In this document: piece after piece, positions 1 to 14,216 of the stretch | Layout of the letters: each line of letters starts with the position of its first letter | Position numbering within the stretch: the stretch's first letter is position 1 | From: the human T2T-CHM13v2.0 reference genome, Homo sapiens | Reading direction: 5' to 3' (one strand) | Length of the DNA: 64,000 nucleotides | NCBI RefSeq assembly: GCF_009914755.1 | Contig: NC_060942.1 | The notes under the pieces: generated by a model | What the model was told of the DNA's origin: nothing | What the model saw: the letters and a program-made list of their open reading frames with translations, nothing else | Databases searched by the model: none | Position numbers and translations under genes: made by a program

Positions 1-207
1 AAGAGCATCAGAGAAGGGCTGCAAAGGGCTGTGTTGGGTCCACAGCAAGAAAGATGTGGTACGAGGTAGACAAAGGGCTGTCACTCAGGCTGGGTAACCA
101 GGGGCGAGGGGCAGGCTGGGCCACAATGTCCATAACTCACTCTCTACAGCCCAGCCCCACACCTGGCCCCACTGAGGCCTACTGCACATAGTGCCTGACC
201 TTAGAAT

Positions 208-368
208 TAGGACCAGCTTTGTAATTTGCCTGGCCCAGTGCAAGATGAACCTATGGGACACCTCATTTAAAAAATTAAGAATTTTCAAGATGGCGACAGC
301 AAAGCATTAAACTAAGCATAGGGCCCTTTTAAGTAAGCATCAGGCCCTGTGCAAAAACCCAGACCCTG
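208..368 (+). mobile_element. MER45A-like hAT-Tip100 DNA transposon remnant
   Basis: Matches remembered MER45A core: ggcccagtgcaagatgaa...aagaattttcaagatggcgacagcaaagcattaaactaagc...ggccctgtgc...ccctg. Confidence 0.75.
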
Positions 369-1754
369 TAGCTAAGAGGGGAAGACGGGTTGTCACTAGA
401 TTTTTTTTTTTTCTTTTTTTAAGAACAGTACAGATAAACAGCCTGTTCTCTTCTGAAACACACTGCTGGGTTTTCAAGCTTTTTTCTCCCCAAAGAAAAT
501 CGAATGCAAAACTCAACCTAATGCATAAAATAGTCTCAGGTGCATCTTCTCAGGCTGTTACGTCAGGGCTCCTGAACTCCCCCATCCCCCAAATGCATTG
601 CCAAAGACCCCGAGTCACTACCTCTGACCTTGGAGACCCAAAAGGCAGTGTTAAAGCTCACTGCAGTAGGCTCTATTATCTTGCATAAGAGAACAGTGAA
701 TAAGAAAAAGCCATATCTGGTAACTGAGAGTGAAATACCCAGGACACACACTGCAACAGCAACCGTGGCTACCAGGGTGCCCCGCAGGCAGCAGGTCAGG
801 AAATCAATCAGATGCATGGTTTCCACATCATTCTACCACAGTATCATTTTCTTTCCACCCACAGGGTGACACACAATGTCTCTTCCAGGGCCATTCATAA
901 CATAACCATTTTCATTATTTAAATAAAGTCCCTGGGTCAGTCACTTGTCTCTTGTGACCATCTTTGAGAGAAAATTTCCAGCAAGGAAACAATATGGAGC
1001 AGGCTTGCTTAATAGGCTCATATGCATAATCTACCACTCACCCTAATTAAAACTACCTTTAGAAAAGCTATAAAATGGAAGCAAAAATAAAAAAAAAATT
1101 AAAAGTCAACCTAAGATGATGGAAGTACCATGACATGAAACAACTGTAACTTTAAATCGCCAGATTTATCCTTAATACATGGTTTTCAGGCATTTGTTTG
1201 GAAAAGGCACTGATAAAGTAGGAAAGAAGTACTCAACTGTCTTGAGAAAGGAACTGAGCTGTTCTGTTCTGGTGTAGATTGCCAAAGATCATGTTTGCAA
1301 ATGCTGCTAATCTTATCTGAACATATTAATAAAGTCCCTAAATCCTCCTATTAAGAAATACTACCACTGACAGTGCAGCTGGCTAACATTTGCTTCTTAA
1401 ATGCTATCACCACTCTCTTTTTTTGTCCAACCCCCACCCGCTGCTGCCCCAACCCCCAAGAAAAAAAATGATGGCTGCTTCCTGGAATGTTTAGCTACCA
1501 AAAAAATCTCTAAAGCCTCAGAAGACATTGTGAGAGAACGATGATGAAAGTCGGGGTGAAATGAACAATTAAGATAAACTATGCAGAATTCTTTTTAAAG
1601 AACGAGTCTCATAAAGCTACCATGTTAGGACCACAAATCATTCTGCAGATTATTTCCCCTCTATCTGTAAGCAAAGAGGTGAGAGGATTAGGTCATTTCT
1701 AAGGTCTCCTCTCATCATGATGTCCTGGATTTATTGAAAGAGGTTTTAAACGCA

Positions 1755-2106
<352 letters not shown>

Positions 2107-3989
2107 TAGACATTTCTTGCTTGTGTGCCTAAGTTAGCTAATGGGGAAATCCAGCAGACAGCGATGGGAAGCAAATGATTGCAGTCATGCTTTTTCCTTG
2201 ACTCCATCTCAAGACCCATCCCACGCTGCAACCCAAGTGGATCGGGTTTTAATGTAGCAATTCTATCAGTGACCCATGCTCTGCTGGTCACTGACACCCC
2301 TTCTGTGTGTCATTTTCCAGGGCTGATGATATCCTACGTTCTGCCTAAAATTGTCTGAAACTCTATTCATGACTTGCCAACTACGTGACTTTGCTCACTA
2401 CCACCACCACACTGTTCTGTTACTGACAGGGAAAAAGATGATCGTACTTAAAAGTCATTGCCAACAGTGTGCAGATTTAAAGCAGGCCCAACAACTCCTT
2501 CCAGGTTTTATCAGCAGACACATATCACATACAGAAGCATCCATCCCTTTCCTAATGCTATTTTTAAATTGTTGTATTTTAAAATTTTCTTCATTTGTTT
2601 TTGAACTTTCTTCTTGCTCATAGATTTTTAGAAATCGCTGTGGTAGTTATTCTTTTTCTATTTTTTTAAGTCCGAATTCATATAGAGAGAACCACGGTTA
2701 GGAGAATCCTTTTCAGGGCAAGAGTGGGTTTCTGCAGGGGTTCTTCTGGCACTTTCCAAACCTGAATGTCTCCAAGTCCTGATATCTCAAATTATCTGGC
2801 AGAAATAAGAGGCCTATTTTTTTTTTTTTGGCAGAATGTGAGGTTCTGCCCTGTTGTAACAATGCTGTCTTCTCACAAACTACTCATGTGCCCTATAAGA
2901 AGATAACCCACAATCCCTGATTCTGCTTTATTCAATGACTAGCTACTGCACAGACCGTGTAAATGGACAGGACAGCCAGAGAGGTGAGTGGGAAGTTTAG
3001 TACAGATGTGACTGAAAACACTTGGTATTACTTCTCCCCAAGACTTCTCGAAAGGAGCTAGCACAGAGTATTGGTGAACAGACTTCTGAGCACCTTTTTC
3101 TATGTGGCCTCCAAGAAGAAACCAATGGACTATTTACTTTTCTACTTAGCAAGGTTTCAAGAGACTCTCTAATAACATAAGTCTTCTGATTACTCCCTTT
3201 CTTGATCATGAGAACTAGGGAGAAGATGGCTAAACTGAAGCAACTTGGAGCTAGAAGATAGGCTGCATCTGCTCAGTTCACCTGCGCAGACCAAAAACAG
3301 TGCACGCTGTAGGCGGCCCAGTCCAGCTGAATTTCATCAGATGGGCATGTGTTTCCTTCCCCAACTGCTGGCCTCAGCTTCTCAGAAGGTAATGTATTGA
3401 GCCAAGGTGAGCCCTGCAGGTGATCACCTGGACACCTCTGCCCATCTGTGAGAGTGAACAGCATGCTTACTACTGTGGTAGGCTGCAGTGCCACAGCAAG
3501 CTGATTCACACGTAAAGGACATGGGCAGGCCATGAGTTCTCTCTATCCAGGGACATCTTGCCAACTAAACCTCCCACCTGCCACCTCCACCTTAGTCCTG
3601 CCTGAGTGTGCTCTCACCCACTACCTTCACGGATGTCTCTGCGTCTCTGTTCACTGGCTGTTTCCACTCTCAAACCTACTTCCTTTTCCTCTCTGCAGAG
3701 GGGTGCATCTCGGGTTATCTCCAAACGATGTTCGATTCCACTCTCTCCTTTTATTCAAACAATTCTCCTCACATGAGTGGCTACCCAGCAAGTCTGGCTC
3801 TCCCTCCAGCAACCCAATCTAGAAAGCTATAGCATCTGTCTCATAAGGGCTGGGTTGGCTGTGGTTCATTAAGAAGGTATTAAGCACTTTATTGTACCAG
3901 CTTGCCAGAAACCGAAGACTCCTTCTAAATCTGTTGCTTCACCTGATGCCGATTTTACTAGCAGTCTGTCCTAAAAATGGTATATCTGG

Positions 3990-4230
3990 TAATAAAAACA
4001 GATATTTTGAGCACCTATTAGATTTCAGATGCCATGAACTATTCACTAGTTGATTTATCTTTTGCATCTATTCATCAATTCCTTTATTTTTTGCACTAGC
4101 ACTGCAAGCCAGATACAAACTCCCAATTTACAGATAAGAAAACAGAATGTCAAAGAGGAAGTAGCTGAAATAACACAGCTAGTAAATTAGAGTCAAAATG
4201 AGGCACAAAGCCCAAATTCTTTTTTACACA
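3990..4230 (-). mobile_element. MIR fragment
   Basis: cccaatttacagataagaaaacaga...acacagctagtaa resembles reverse-complement MIR core. Confidence 0.55.
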
Positions 4231-4276
4231 ATGTTGAACACAGATGTTATTTTTAGCAATTCATCTCCCCCCGCCC

Positions 4277-4575
4277 TTTTAAAAAAAAAAAAAGAGACAG
4301 GGTCTTGCTCTGTGGCTCAGGATAGAGTACAGCAGCACAATCAATCATAGCCTACTGCAGCTTCAAACTCCCAGGCTCAAGCCATCCTCCCACCTCAGTC
4401 TCCTAAGTAGCTGAGATTACAGGTGCTCAACACCATGCCTAGCTAATTTTGTTTTTGTAGAGATGGAGTCTTGCTCTGTTACCCAGGCTGGTCTTAAACT
4501 CCTGGCCTCAAGTGATCCTCCTGTCTGGGCCTCCCAAAACACTGGGATTAGAGGAGTGAACCACTGCACCCGGCC
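4277..4575 (-). mobile_element. AluJ
   Basis: gagacagggtcttgctctgt...ctcaagccatcctcccacctcag...ccactgcacccggcc; J-type diagnostics. Confidence 0.9.
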
Positions 4576-5953
4576 TCAGCTCCCTTTTCTTAGGCAAGTA
4601 TCACTACCCAGATAATGCCAGATTCTACAACTTCTTTCTCTCATTCTTAAACAGAATATCAAAGGCATTTTCTACTTTTGAAGATCTGTTACTCTTCATT
4701 TGCCTGTCATTTGACAAGCTCTTCCTGAACACACGCTCCACATTGTTTTAGATGTGGTGAGAAATAGCAAAGGGTAAAGAATATTCATTTCCTTTAGGAG
4801 CTTAGGATCTAGCCTGGGAGAGGGAGTTTCTGCTAGATCACTCTGATATGAATAATTAAGTAGGAAGCTGCACACCACTGACCAATGCTGTCATCAAGCA
4901 CAACCCACAAGGGAGAGGAACAATAAGGTGGTGCTGGGGAACATGAACCCACACAAAAGAGACACAAAACGTTTAGTGAGGTCAAGCAGGGCCACCCTCA
5001 GACCATCTGCTCTGTGGGGAGGGGCTTTGAAAGCCAGGCCTCAAAGCCAGTACTTAAGATAGTCAGCCACCAGTTTTTGATGAGGGGCATCAATCATGTC
5101 TAAGGAGTGCCTGTCTCTGGTCTGCTGGCTGTAACACTTCTGGATTCTGCGAGACTTTGCATACATTCTCTTGGATTTGACGTAAGCTCCAGACAGCAGT
5201 GAGCAAGACTTGTTACCAGGATCCCTGAGATCACAGTGAGGGGAAGGAGAGTATTCTGCGACACTGCCAGGGCAGTGACCTCTCAAGAAAATGAAAGGGA
5301 AGTCATCCTTGGAGATGTGCTGGCGGGGGTGGGGCAGGACCTCCCAAGGGCCTCAGGCAGCTCATTAACGTGATATTAAATTGCTCTGTGTGTGAGGTTT
5401 TCAGAAAGGACAAAGGACAGAACTGCTGCTGAGCCAAGGAATCAGAGCAGAATCCCAGCACACTGGCTCCAGGAGAGCCGGACGTCCCCTAGGCTGCCCA
5501 CCAACCAGGATGAAAATCGAGACATCAGAGCCTCTGTCATTTATATGGTCCCCTAGCAGTGCCCTGGGCCTGAATCCTACAAAGCTGGTCCTTCAGCTGG
5601 GAGCCATATTGCTTCAATTTCATGCTCCATCACAAGAGTAAGTCGACTGCTGAGTTGTAACGTATGAACTTCAGCCAGAAATTCACCCTCCCACTTCTGA
5701 GTATAATAGCAGTCAGTCCCTAGGAGTGAAATGTGCTCCTTTTTTGGGTCAACAGTAGAGCAAGCCAGAATTAACGCAGCCCTTTTAGAAGTCATCTTGC
5801 TAATGACATCAGGAAAGGTTGAAGCATTTGGCAAGTAATCGTATATTATTGCTTTACATTATTATGTAACTTTTCCTTATGTGTTTCTTCTTGCTTTTAA
5901 AAAAATTAGATCTTAAGGTCTTCGATAATAGTGATTTTAAAAAATCTATCCTT

Positions 5954-6277
5954 GAGTTCATGTCCTTTGTAGGGACATGGATGAAGCTGGAAACCATCAT
6001 TCTCAGCACACTATCGCAAGGACAGAAAACCAAACACCGCATGTTCTCACTCATAGGTGGGAATTGAACAATGAGAACACTTGGACACAGGGTGGGGAAC
6101 ATCACACACCGGGGACTTTTGTGGAATGGGGGGAGGGGGGAGGGAGAGCATTAGGAGATATATCTAATGTAAATGATGAATAATGGGTGCAGCACACCAC
6201 ATGGCACATATATACATATGTAACAAACCTGCACGTTGTGCGCATGTACCCTAGAACTTAAAGTATCATTAAAAAAC
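5954..6277 (+). mobile_element. 5'-truncated L1PA (PA4/5-like) 3' end
   Basis: ORF2 end EFMSFVGTWMKLETIILS plus L1 3'UTR G-tract; TSD aaaatctatcctt at 5941-5953 and 6278-6290. Confidence 0.95.
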
Positions 6278-6427
6278 AAAATCTATCCTTATAGTAGTCC
6301 CATTAAGTACTAAAATGAATAAATGAATAAACATATGGATGAAATGGAAAATCTGTACATATATGGAGGGCTTATAATGAGGTTGATTTAATCTCTTAAT
6401 ATGTTTTATCTCATACGTACAGAAGAG

Positions 6428-6595
6428 TCATTCTCTCAAAGTATGATCCTTACTTTGGAATTAGAAATGCAAGTTCTCAGGCCTCACCCAAGACCTACTG
6501 AATCTGCAACTCTAGGGGAGGGGCTCATCAATCTGGATTTTAACGAGAGCTGGTGGCAAATGTTGTTTAGACACAGTTCACCCTTTAGACTACTG
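6428..6595. mobile_element. MER5A-like hAT-Charlie
   Basis: ttagaaatgcaagttctcaggcctcacccaagacctactgaatctgcaactctagggg is the MER5A core. Confidence 0.75.
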
Positions 6596-7646
6596 GAAAT
6601 TCTAGTCTAGTCTTTAATCTCTGGAGAAATCCAAGAACAGCCTACATCCTTTTCAGAATGATCAAAGATTGACACCAAAGTGGGTTTTTATTGTGGTTGT
6701 TTTGGCAGACATGGTATCTGGAGAAGAAAACAAAAAATGAAAAGAATTTTTTTACTTGACATTTGCTGGCATTTTCATAGTTACTGAGCATGAAAAGAAA
6801 TAAACCATGAAGCCCATGACAGTGAGTGAACACACGTTTTTTCAAAATGTCTTGCACTATCAAATCAATCCCTCAATCAGCTTGCTTTTGAGTTTAATCG
6901 AGCCAAGGCAGTATTATTGTAGCTGTCACAAATTTTATGGGTTTTTTTCCCCCTTGCCCTGTGAAGCTGGAACCAATTGTTGTTATAAAGAGACTAAATA
7001 AAAAAGGTCCTGGATTTCCTGTTATTACAGATCGATTTTTTGAGATTCTAGAATATCATATGGGTTTTTTATAACATAATTAAAACCATGTGAAATGGCA
7101 CAACATAGACTTTACCAGAGATTGATATGATCATGCTTCCAAATGAAATACTTCAAGAAAATCACTAGATAATAGTTTTCCTTAATATCCTCTATCACAG
7201 TTTTATATCACATTGTTCAAAAAATCTGCTTTATGAGAAATGTCAAAATATATAAATCAGTCAGGATAATTTCTATTGGTTGGTTAGCCTTATTCCCTTT
7301 CAAAGTTTAGCAAATAGAGATATGTTTGCTTAATAGGGAGGCAGGGACAGTCTTCAGAGGGCAGGCAGCTGAAACTGAATCCCAGAACCATTTTCACAAG
7401 AATAAACTATGACTTCTCAGAACATTTGTGCTTCATTGAGGACGCAATGTCTTGAAGACATTAAAGAGTATACGTGTGTGCCCCTAAGATGGTTTTAGTT
7501 TATGTGTCAATCCGGTTAGACCAAGGTGTCCAGTTGCTTGGACAAACACTAGTCTAGGTGTTGCTGTAAAGATATTTTAAGATGTGATAAACATCCAGTA
7601 TCAGTAGACTTTGAGTAAAGTATACTGCCTTTAATACTGTGCATAA

Positions 7647-8021
<375 letters not shown>

Positions 8022-9517
8022 TCAGTTGAAGACCTTAAGAGCAAACACTGAGGCTTACTGAGGAAAAACTCCTACCTCCAGACGGCAACACAAAATCTGC
8101 CTGTGTTTCCAGTCTTCAGACTCAAGACTGCAGCATCAGCTCTTACCTCAATCTCCAGCTTACACTGTTTTAACTTACGAAGCACCACCAATTGTGTGAG
8201 CCAATTTCTTAAAATAAACTTCTCTGTTTCTCTGAGGACTCCTGACCAACATATAGTCCCCAACCCTAATTTTTAACCCAGAGTCTCCAAGACATTCACA
8301 CTCTTTTCTCACCATTTTAGTTGAAATAACTTGGTTCAAAGTGCAGAGAAAAAAAAAAATCAGGGAACTTACAAGAATTATCTTAAATCCTACTGCCTAC
8401 ACCTTCACAAGCAGAAAATGGAGTTATTGCTGTACTATCATTACTACAAGTTAGAGTCACTGCCTTAAACATCCAGAATCCTACAGAACTTAACCTATGC
8501 TTCCATGATTCCATTTGGTATATTAAATGATTCAGCTATTTACATGCTTAGCTTTCCCATTTCATCAGGAGCATCTCAAGGACAGGAAATGTCAGTTTTA
8601 AAAATAGTTTCATGTAATAGGTATGAAATATATTTTTCCTAAATGAATGAACTGTCAAAATCTTCAAAATAATTACCATTCTAAATGCTCTTCTGGTTCT
8701 TCAGTTTTCCCTCATTTCAAACAGGACATGTTCTATCTGTGCTACGAGGCATAAATGGAATAGCAGCTGGGACTAAAAAAGGCTACACCCAGGTGCCCAG
8801 TAACTCCTGACATAACTCAGAGTTTAGGCATCACTGGTTCACACTAGTGCCTCCCATGTGATCTGATTATAATAATGTTAGATGGCTTTTTCACTGAGTC
8901 TAGATTAGACCACAGTGATTCTGAAACTGACCACAGTGCAATATTTTCAAAGAATTTATAGTACGGTTAGTTGCCCAAAAAGTGTCTTTAGTTTAGAACT
9001 TCCAATAATTTAGTTGAAAGAAACTGAAGATGTGAAATGTAAGCTCACAGTTGTACCATAAAACATCTTACTTAATAAGCCACACTTACAGGAAATGAAT
9101 GGCCAATGGGGTGTATTAGAGAAACGGGGTCTATATCTACAACACTGTAGTAGAAATTATATTGGCCTAACATGACTTGTTATAAATTGAGTCAAAACCA
9201 CGAGCTGATTTCACAAACTTCCTCCCAAAAGTTATTTCATCTTAACTCTACACATATATTCCACAAAAATATAACTTTAAACTTCTATACTCTATTTTTG
9301 AGGAAGAAAGTAGAAATAAAAAATGTGCTGGTTAATGTAACTTTCATGAAGCAGATTTGCAGGGATATTCTCTGTTATACTGTAGCCTGGCAAGGTGTTT
9401 AGCTTTGTTACATAGGTCTTGTGGCATCCATGTGTTTGCCTGGGGTGAGGACAGACTTCAGCTTATACCTCTAGGTAGATGACTCTTCCTCCTGTTAAAA
9501 AGAATTAACACACTCCA

Positions 9518-9972
9518 TTATGGGTTGAATCGTGTCCCTCTAAAATTCATATATGTGGAAGTCCTAACCCCCAGGACTTCAGAATGTGAGGTTTGAAAAG
9601 TAGGGTTGTTGCAGATGTAATTAGTAAGACGAAGTCATACTGAAGAAGGGTGGGTCTCTAATCCAATCCATATAAAAAGGGGAAATTTGGATGCAGAGAC
9701 ACACACACAGGGAAAACACCATGTGAGGATAAAGGCAGAGGATCGGGGCGATTCTCCTGCACACCAAGGAACACCAGAGATGGCTAGCAGACCTCCAGAA
9801 GGTGGAGGACAGACCTGGAACAGAATCTTCCAGGCAGTTCTCTGAAGGAACCAACCCTGCTGATGCCTTGATCTCAGACTTCAGCCTCTAGAACTATGAG
9901 ACAATAAATCTCTCCTCTATGAGCCAGCCAGTTGGTGGCACTTTTTAATGGCAGCCCTAGCAAACTAATCCA
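9518..9972 (+). mobile_element. MLT1B-like MaLR solo LTR
   Basis: tatgggttgaatcgtgtccc...gaaggaaccaaccctgctga...ggcagccctagcaaactaat. Confidence 0.85.
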
Positions 9973-10569
9973 CACTCCTACCTACCACAGAATTCATGGG
10001 AAACAGGCAAGGAGGCAGACTGCACCAGGTGTGGATCACAGGGCAAAAGGTGAAAGAGCAGAACAAGGTCAAGGGGAAAGTGCACTTTTCTAGGTTATCC
10101 ACAAAGCTGCCAGCCAGCATTTGGGACAAACCTACAGGAATAATGATGAGATATTTTAATAAAAGCATCCTCAGACTGAGAATGTTCAAATTATAGTCAG
10201 GATTTTGATACTAGAAATTAATATCTAATACAGACTAACACAATATGATCAATGCTGACAAAGGATGGCAGAATTTGAGAGAGGAGCAAGAGAATAAAGA
10301 CCAGTTGACCCTTGTAGAGTCTTGTGAATATTATGCTTAAGTTCGCTGCAAAGTTCTCATTTCATGCAGTCTTTCCTCAGTCTTTCTTAACCAATCATTT
10401 GACCATCATTGATAGGGTCCTAAGTTGCAGTGGCTAGAGGTAATCATCTGGAAGACTGGTCATAATCCACATTGGCAGCTACAATTCTCATGCCCAGAGC
10501 AGGTCATACTGGGTAAGAGCCCCTCCCACCTCGCCAATTTTGCATAGATGGAGTTCTGCTGGAATCGAT

Positions 10570-11066
10570 AAGTATACAGCCAGTAACTACCATCACAATG
10601 TAGATACAGAACATCACCCTAATCCCACATGTCCCTTTAGTTAACCCCTTCCCCTCCAGCTCCAGGCAAACATTGATTGCTTTTCTCTAGTTTTTCCTGT
10701 GTAAGAAAAGTTACTAATCTTTTTGCATTTGGCCTTTTTCACTTGGCATCATGTATTTAAGATCCATTCACGTTCTTGCATTTAAGATCCATTCATGAGT
10801 GTATGTTCCTTTTTATTGCCCAGTTAGTGTTCACGTTGTGGATATACCACAACAGCACGCATGAAAGGCATTTGGCTTGTTTCCAGGTTTTGGAGGTTAC
10901 AGGTAAAGCTGCTATAAATATTTGCATACAAGTTTTGTGAGTGTGTGTGAACAAATGTTTTCATTTCACTTGGGTACTCAAGAACAGAGCTGCCAGGTCA
11001 CTTGATGAGTGTGAAATTGAACTTCATAAGAGAATATCAGTGTTTTCCGAAATGGCTGTACCATTC
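10570..11066 (-). mobile_element. Old L1M 3' region
   Basis: ttcctttttattgc...gtggatataccacaa...ttgtttccaggttttgg...gctgctataaatatttgcatacaagtttt...aatggctgtaccatt. Confidence 0.75.
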
Positions 11067-11945
11067 AGATGGCTGTTTTTAAAGTAGCTCATTACACTTG
11101 ACATTCAGGAAAATATTCAAGTCTGTAAATATTTTTGTCAATAAACAGCTTTAGTAGAAATATCAATGTTAAATGGGGACAATGCCTAAGACTTGTGAAA
11201 AACCTAGGTGTTTATGACTGGGGCAAAGCTGTAGTGGACAAAGGCATAAGACTAAAAGTTGCCTCTGTCTGCCCTTATTTTGATTGTGACAAAATGTGGA
11301 ATTAAATTGCTTTTGCTGCCTCCCCTACAACAATGAGCTGTGAGTGAGGCTTGCATGTGGTTTCTTTACCCAGCCATGCCCCGTCTACTTGCTCTGCCAA
11401 CCTGCCACTCCCTCCAATGCTTCTGTCTTGGTGTGAAACAAATGACTTCAGAAACACAGAGGAGCTGAAATGCATCCGTGTGTCTGGAATCCATGCATGT
11501 CTCGCTCAGACTGTGCCTTTCCCTAAAGATCTGTTTGCTGTCTTTTGAAGTGAGAATACCAGCAAGTCTGCATAGTGGGTTTTGCCTACCTGAAAGAGAT
11601 GTTTTTTCTGACTCCTCCCTAATCCCTTCTCTCTCTGAACTTGACTCTAGACACAGATATGCCTATAAATGCTCAGGACCAAAAGAAAACATGGTACTAA
11701 GCTAAAGGCCAGCTGGCTGGCACATAAAAGAAATCCAATACTTTATTTCCTTCTCCGAAGGGTCCTCATGTAAACTTGTGTTCGTGGAGACGCAGAAGTG
11801 TTTGCGGTGGGTCTGTTTCTGAGAGTGTTTAGCTGTCTTGGATGTGGAAGAAAATAGGAAAGGGATGGCGAAGGTTGAGAGAGAAAAGGCTGAGCATTGA
11901 ACATATGATTGGGGCCATGCGAACTTAGGCAGAAAAGCATTTGTG

Positions 11946-11964
11946 GGGTCACCAGATGGCAGCT
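11946..11964 (+). promoter_or_regulatory. Candidate CTCF binding motif
   Basis: gggtcaccagatggcagct fits CCASYAGRKGGCRS with one C>T at the first position; lies in sequence with no recognisable repeat. Confidence 0.45.
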
Positions 11965-12527
11965 CAACCTCAGAGGCTGCTCTAGGTCTCCAGGCAGCAG
12001 TTCCAGCTGGAGTTGGTTTTCTCTCCAACAAAAACCAAGTCTGGCAGTGCAGCGGGGGTTTGAAGATTAATTTAATAAAAGGAAAGCCCCCTGGAAAGAC
12101 ACAAGGGACTAGCTTAAGCTGCCCCTGATTGATGGCACTTCTGCTATTCCCCAGTTTCTTAAGCTGAATCATAAAGTCTACCCCAGACATATGAGATCAC
12201 ATTTGATGAAAATATGCTCAAATTTGTCTGCCAGTAGAAAGAGGTGTTAATAAGAATTTGTGGATTTTTAAGAATCAATTCCATATGTATCCATGAATAA
12301 ATGAGCAGAGGTATAAAAGACAAACCGATGCCTGTACATAGGCACACACCCCATGTGTGTTAGCGGTTCAACAAACGAGGTAGTTGTAGTGTTACTGTAT
12401 GAAATTTTGAACAGATGTAAATAGAGAAAAATAAATCAATAACATGGATTGACCAAAGTGAATTAGTCACAAAGGAAAGCCAATCTACAGAGCTAAAATA
12501 GCTTCAATAGAAGATGCCTGTTTTTCA

Positions 12528-13655
12528 TAAGGCCCAAAACCATAAAAACCCTAGAAGAAAATCTAGGCAATACCAACCAGGACATAGACATGGGCAAAGA
12601 CTTCATGACTAAAACACCAAAAGCAATGGCAACAAAAGCCAAAATTGACAAATGGGATCTAATTAAACTAAAGAGCTTCTGCACAGCAAAGGAAAGTATC
12701 ATCAGAGTGAAGAGGCAACCTACAGAATGGGAGAAAAGTTTTACAATCTATCTATCTGACAAAGGGCTAATATTTAGAATCTACAAGGAACTGAAATGTA
12801 CAAGAAAAAAAACCCCATCAAAAAGTGGGTGAAGGATATGAACAGACACTTCTTAAAAGAAGACATTTATGCAGCCAACAAACATGAGAAAAAGCTCATC
12901 ATCACTGGTCATTAGAGAGATGCAAATCAAAACCACAGTGAGATACCATCTCACTCCAGTTAGAATGGCGATCATTAACAAGTCAGGAAACAGATGCTGG
13001 AGAGGATGTGGAGAAATAGAAATGTTTTTACACTGTTGGTGGGAGTGTAAATTAGCTCAACCACTGTGGAAGACAGTGTGGCAATTCCTCAAGGATCTAG
13101 AACCAGAAATACCATTTGACCCAGCAATCCCATTACTGGGTATATACCCAAAGGATTATAAATCATTCTACTATAAAGGCACATACACACGTACGTTTAC
13201 TGCGGCTCTGTTCACAATAGCAAAGACTTGGAACCAACCCAAATGCCCATCAATGACAGACTGGATAAAGAAAATATGGCACATATACACCGTAGAATAC
13301 TATGCACCCATAAAAAAGGATGAGTTCACGTCCTTTGCAGGGACATGAAGCTGGAAACCATCATTCTCAGCAAACTGACACAGGAACAGAAAACCACTGA
13401 AAACACTGCATGTTTTCACTTATAAGTGGGAGTTGAACAATGAGAACACATGGACACAAGGAGGGGAGTATCACACACCAGGGCCCGTCAGGGCTGGGGG
13501 TGGCTAGGGGAGGGATAGCATTAGGAGAAATACCTAATGTAGATGACAGGTTGATGGGTGCAGCAAACCACCATGGCACGAGTTTACCTATGTAACGAAC
13601 CTGCACATTCTGCACATGTATCCCAGGACTTAAGGTATAATAATTTTTTAAAAAA
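12528..13655 (+). mobile_element. 5'-truncated L1PA (PA7/8-like), ORF2 C-terminus + 3'UTR, frameshifted
   Basis: ORFs 12590..12832 ([31 protein letters not shown]) and 12869..13348 (CWRGCGE...HCWWECKL) are L1 ORF2 C-terminal sequence. Confidence 0.95.
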
Positions 13656-14044
13656 GATACTTTTTATCAGAAAAAAAATGTAAAGACATAAAAGTCACAG
13701 TACAAACATAGATGCTTGTCAAATTACCGGCTTAAAGACAGATTTCAGCCCCAGTGAAGTCTAAATCACTGAGTTTTGCGCTCTCAGAATACTAGATGAT
13801 TTCTTATCCAACTTCTCCTAAAACTCAATAATCCCCTCAACAAAGCCTTGACAGGTGAGTTATCTTTTTTGACAACTACTGTAATTGTGTATTTGATAAA
13901 TGCACCTGTTTGCCTCTAGATTTGCTAAAAGTAGCTGGGAAAACAAAAGAAATACTGCAGGAAAATGAAAAAAGCAACAATTCACAGTTCCATATATGTG
14001 CAGACAGGACGTGGATCATGCACCTGACAAACATTTCCTATGAA

Positions 14045-14216
14045 CAGCTATTCTCAATCTCAGCTGACCACTAGAATCACATGGGGATCTTTAAAAAAAA
14101 AAAAAAAGATTCCTACGTCCCAGCCCCAGACACTCTCATTCAGAGGTCCCGGTATGTCACCTAAGCATTGGGCACTTAAAAAGCTTTTCAATGTGCTCTA
14201 AGATTGGAAACTACTA
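14045..14216. mobile_element. MER5-family hAT-Charlie
   Basis: cagctattctcaatct...tagaatcacatgggga...ccccagacactctcattca...ttggaaactacta. Confidence 0.6.

Noticed and set aside
563-869. Overlapping 87-aa (-) hydrophobic ORF and 79-aa (+) ORF
   Set aside because: No recognisable protein family and no convincing flanking splice sites; lengths are expected by chance.
11702-12190. 162-aa minus-strand ORF
   Set aside because: Composition is not protein-like, with no homology I recognise and no promoter or splice context.
12590-13348. Protein-like ORFs with a Cys-rich motif
   Set aside because: Frameshifted L1 ORF2 C-terminus in a 5'-truncated element, not a gene.
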